Source of the DNA: the human T2T-CHM13v2.0 reference genome, Homo sapiens
Assembly (NCBI RefSeq): GCF_009914755.1
Contig: NC_060932.1
Direction: 5' to 3' (one strand)
Length of the DNA: 64,000 nucleotides
Part shown: positions 59,973 to 64,000 of the stretch, piece after piece
Layout: each line of letters opens with the position of its first letter
Numbering within the stretch: the first letter of the stretch is position 1
Translations under genes and position numbers: made by a program
Notes under the pieces: model-generated
Seen by the model: the letters and a program-made list of their open reading frames with translations, nothing else
Databases searched by the model: none
Told to the model about the DNA's origin: nothing

Positions 59973-62361
59973 ATACTGGCAAGCCAAATCCAGCAGCACA
60001 TCGAAAAGCTTACCCACGACAATCAAGTTGGCTTCATCCCCGGGATGCAAGGTTTGTTCAACATACACAAATCAATAAACGTGATTTATCACATAAATGG
60101 AACTAAAGACAAAAAAACACATGATTATCTCAATAGATGCAGAAAAGGCCTTCAATAAAATTCAACATCCCTTCATGTTAAAAACTGTCAATAAACTAGG
60201 TATTGAAGGAACATACTTCGAAATAATAAGAGTCATATATGACAAACACACAACCAATATCTTTCTCAATAGGCAAAAGATGGAAGCATTCCCCTTGAAA
60301 ACTGGCACAAGAAAAGGATGCCCTCTCTCACTACTCCTATTCAACATAATATTGGAAGCTCTGGCCAGGGCAATCAGGCAATAGAAACAAATAAACGGTA
60401 TTCAAATAGAAAGAGAGGAAGTAAAATTATCTTTGTTTGCAGATGACATGATACTATATCTAGAAAACCCCATCGTCTCAGCTCAAAATCTTCTTAAGCT
60501 GATAAGCAAATTCAGCAAAGTCTCAGGATACAAAATCGATGTGCAAAAATCGCTAGCATTCCTATATATCAACAACAAGCAAGCAGAGAGCCAAATTATG
60601 AATGAATTCCCATTCACAATTGCTACAAAAAGAATAAGATGCCTAGGAATATAGCTAACAAGGGAAGTGAAGGACCTCTTCAAGAAGAATTACAAAAAAC
60701 TGCTCAAGGAAATAAGAGAGGACAAAAACAAATGGAAGAACATTCCATGCTCATGGATAGGAAGAATGAATATTGTAAAAATGGCCATACTGCCAAAAGC
60801 AATTTATAGATTCATTGCTATTCCCATTAAACTACCATTGACATTCTTCACAGAATTAGAGAAAAAAAACTATTTTAAAATTCATATGGAACCAAACAAT
60901 AGCCTGAATAGCCAAGACGATCCTAAGCAAAAAGAACAAAGCTGGAGGCATCATGCTACCTGACTTCAAACTATGCTACAAGGCTATAGTAACCAAAATA
61001 TCATGGTATTGGTACAAGAACAGACACATAGACCAATGGAACAGAACAGAGAACACAAACCTGACAAATCTGACAAAAACAAGCAATGAGGAAAGGATTT
61101 TCTTTTTAATAAATGGTGCTGGGAGAACTGGTTAGCTATATGCAGAAAATTGAAACTGGACCCCTTCCTTATACCTTACACAAAAATCAACTCAAGATGG
61201 ATTAAAGACTTAAATGTAAAATCTAAAACTATAAAAACTCTAGAAGAAAATCTAGACATTACCATTCAGGACATAGGCACGGGCAAAGATTTTATTACAA
61301 AAATGCCACAAGCAATTGCAAGAAAAGCAAAAATTGACAAATGAGATGTAATTAAACTAAAGAGTTTCTGCACAGCAAAAAAGACTATCATCAAAGTGAA
61401 CAGACAACCTACAGAATGGGAGAAAATACAATCTATCCATCTGACAAAGGTCTAATATTCCAGAACCTATAAGGAGCTTAAACACATTTACAAGAAAAAA
61501 AAAACCATTAAAAAGTGGGCAAAGGACATAAACAGGCACTTCTCAAAAGAAGACATTTATGTGGCCAAGAAACATATGAAAAAAAAGCTTAACATCACTG
61601 ATCATTGGAGAAATGCAAGTCAAAACCACAATGAGATACTATCTCATGCCAGTCAGAATGGCTATTAATAAAAGTTAAAAAACAACAGATGCTGGTGGAG
61701 TTGTGCCAAAAAAAAAAAAAAGAATGCTTTTACACTGTTGGTGGGAGTGTAATTAGTTCAACCATAGTGGAAGACAGTGTGGTGATTCCTCAAAGATCTA
61801 GGGGCAGAAAAACCATTTGACAAAGCAATCCTGTTACTGGGTATATACCCAAAGGAGCATACATCATTCTATTATAAAGATACATGCACACGTATGTTCA
61901 TTGCACCACTATTTGCAATAACAAAGACATGGAATTAACCCAAATGCCCATCAATGATAGACTGGATAAAGAAAACGTGGTACATATCCACCATGGAATA
62001 CTGTGCAGCCATAAAGAGGAATGAGATCATGTCCTTTGCAGGGACATGGATGGAGCTGGAAGCTGTTATCCTCAGCAAATTAAGGCGGCAGCAGAAAACC
62101 AAACATCACATGTTTTCACTTATAAGTGGGAGCTAAATCATGAGAACACATGGACACTTTGCGGGGGAACAAAACACTGGGGCCTGTCAGGGGTAGATGG
62201 GGAAAGGGAGAGCATCAGGAAGAATAGCTAATGAACACTGGTCTTAAACCTAGGTGATGGATGATCTGTGCAGCAAACCACGATGGCACACATTTAGCTA
62301 TGTAACAAACCTGCACCTCCTGCACATGTACCACTGAACTTAAAATAAAAGTTGAAGAAAA
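59973..62361 (+). mobile_element. 5'-truncated L1PA (older subfamily), disrupted ORF2
   Basis: ORF2 fragments ([18 protein letters not shown]), 3'UTR, tail; TSD AAAATAGGTATTT. Confidence 0.95.
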
Positions 62362-62374
62362 AAAATAGGTATTT

Positions 62375-62647
62375 CAGACCAAACACTGCATGTTCTCACT
62401 TATAACTGGGAGCTGAACAATGAGAACACATGGACACAGGGAGGGGAACAACACACACTGGGGCCTGTCAGGGGGTCGGGGAGAGGGAGCGCATCAGGAT
62501 AAATAGCTTATGCATGTGGTGCTTAATACCTAGGCAGTGGGTTGATAGGTGCAGCAAACCATGATGGCGCACATTTACCTGTGTAACAAACCTGCCCATC
62601 CTGCATATGTAGCCCGGAACTTAAAATAAAATTAAATTTAATTTTTA
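62375..62647 (+). mobile_element. Second, short L1PA 3'-end insertion in tandem
   Basis: Independent L1 3'UTR copy with its own tail, bounded by AAAATAGGTATTT on both sides. Confidence 0.9.
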
Positions 62648-62699
62648 AAAATAGGTATTTTAGCATAAACAAGAGATGGTAGCACCCAACAGTCTATAT

Positions 62700-62907
62700 T
62701 CAGTGGTGTGCTCTAACCAACTTGTATTGCCTTGCAAGAGAGTCTAGTTTGTGTATCTTTCCTCAGCTCCATGTTCAGTGACTCAACTTGAGTAGCTTTA
62801 ATTGGCTATGGTGAGAGTAGCTACGCCACAGAAACCGGCAAACGCTATAAATCAGGGATTTTTTCTTCCAGGAGGGCCGACTGGAAAACACTTACAAAAC
62901 ACCAGTG
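62700..62907 (+). mobile_element. MER63A DNA transposon
   Basis: CAGTGGTGTGCT start; CAGAAACCGGCAAACGCTATAAATCAGGG; CACCAGTG end. Confidence 0.8.
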
Positions 62908-62928
62908 CATATATATGTGTGTGTGAGA

Positions 62929-62960
<32 letters not shown>

Positions 62961-63045
62961 GTATATATTTATACATGTATATAGATGTATACATATGTGT
63001 ATGTACATATATGTAGTATATATGTGCACAAACACATATACACAA
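62908..63045. repeat. (TG)n/(TA)n low-complexity repeat
   Basis: Direct reading. Confidence 0.9.
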
Positions 63046-63424
63046 AGCATATGTAGGGATTGTTTTATTTTTGTGTCCTTACAGTGAACATTGGGCAGCT
63101 TTTCTTTTTAGCATTTATATAGGTGGATAATATATAGGTGGTAGATAATGAAAAAGAGAGATATAATGAGTAACAAAATTATTACTATAAAGAAAAATAA
63201 ATAGGATTGACATGAAAAGACACAGTAGCTAACAAGTGTAGAAAAATACTAATGGCTTTACTAAAAAGAAAGAAAATTTCTTAAGCACTACAAAAACTCC
63301 TTAGAGCTAGAAAGGTAACTTAATCCAACTACCCTTAGTCTAATCCAACTGTCCTTTTCACCTTTAAGGAGACAGAGGCACAGAACATTTAAGTGGCTTA
63401 CCTACAACTTAAAACTAGGCAAAT

Positions 63425-63730
63425 GGCTGGGAGCGGTGGCTCAGGCCTGTAATCCCAGCACTTTGGGAGGACGAGGTGGGCAGATCACTTGAGCCAAAGA
63501 GTTCAAGACCAGCTTGGGCAACATGGTGAAACCCCATCTCTACCAAAAATACAAAAATTAGCCAGGCGTGGTGGTGCAGGCCTATAGTCCCAGCTACTCC
63601 AGAGGCTGAGGTGGGAGAAGGGTTTGAACCCTGGAGGCAGATGTTGCAATGAGGGATAGACTCTGGGCGACAGAGCCAGACCTCATCTCAAAAATAAATA
63701 AGTTAATAAATAAATATAAATAAATAAAAT
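63425..63730 (+). mobile_element. AluJ-like (right arm partly deleted) inserted in a MIR
   Basis: CACTTGAGCC..GAGTTCAAGACCAGC.TGGGCAAC; TSD AA(A/G)ACTAGGCAA(A/G)T (63411-63424 / 63731-63744). Confidence 0.9.
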
Positions 63731-64000
63731 AAGACTAGGCAAGTGAGAAGGTCAGAACTGGACTCATGTCTTCTAACTCAGGTTTCTAACAGCCCCATTA
63801 GACCTGTTGTGCTCCCTCTTGAGGCATCTTAACAGACTGAATGAAATTGCCAAAGCCAGCATCAATTTTTCCAGTAAATGTTTTTCATTATTATAACAAA
63901 AATAACAGTTGCTTTAGGGCCTGTTAACAGATCAGAAATATATTACACACTTTTTTAAGGCACTTGCTATGGGTTCTTCCAAGTCTTGACTAGAATCACC

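Overview
Primate (very likely human) genomic DNA, AT-rich and dominated by interspersed repeats: L1, Alu, L2, MIR, L3/CR1, an RTE-like LINE relic, MaLR/ERV1/ERVL LTRs, a decayed ERVL provirus, and MER5/MER58/MER63/Tigger3 DNA transposons. I cannot support any cellular protein-coding CDS. The long ORFs in the track are L1 ORF2 remnants, Alu read-throughs or ERVL pol fragments. The unique sequence suggests the 5' region of a minus-strand gene that I cannot name. It has three candidate promoters/first exons: a TATA-type one at ~51.9 kb, a TATA/MEF2-type one at ~20.8 kb and a CpG-rich one at ~8.1-9.0 kb. All three could splice to a well-bounded 78-nt exon at 7931-8008. Retrotransposition footprints include two twin-primed (5'-inverted) L1s, an Alu insertion that deleted its target, and two L1s stacked in one target site with a triplicated TSD. 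I see no convincing new biological system; the multi-promoter/uORF architecture is the best lead and is inference. Repeat subfamily names come from recalled consensus sequences, not a database search, and boundaries without a TSD are approximate.
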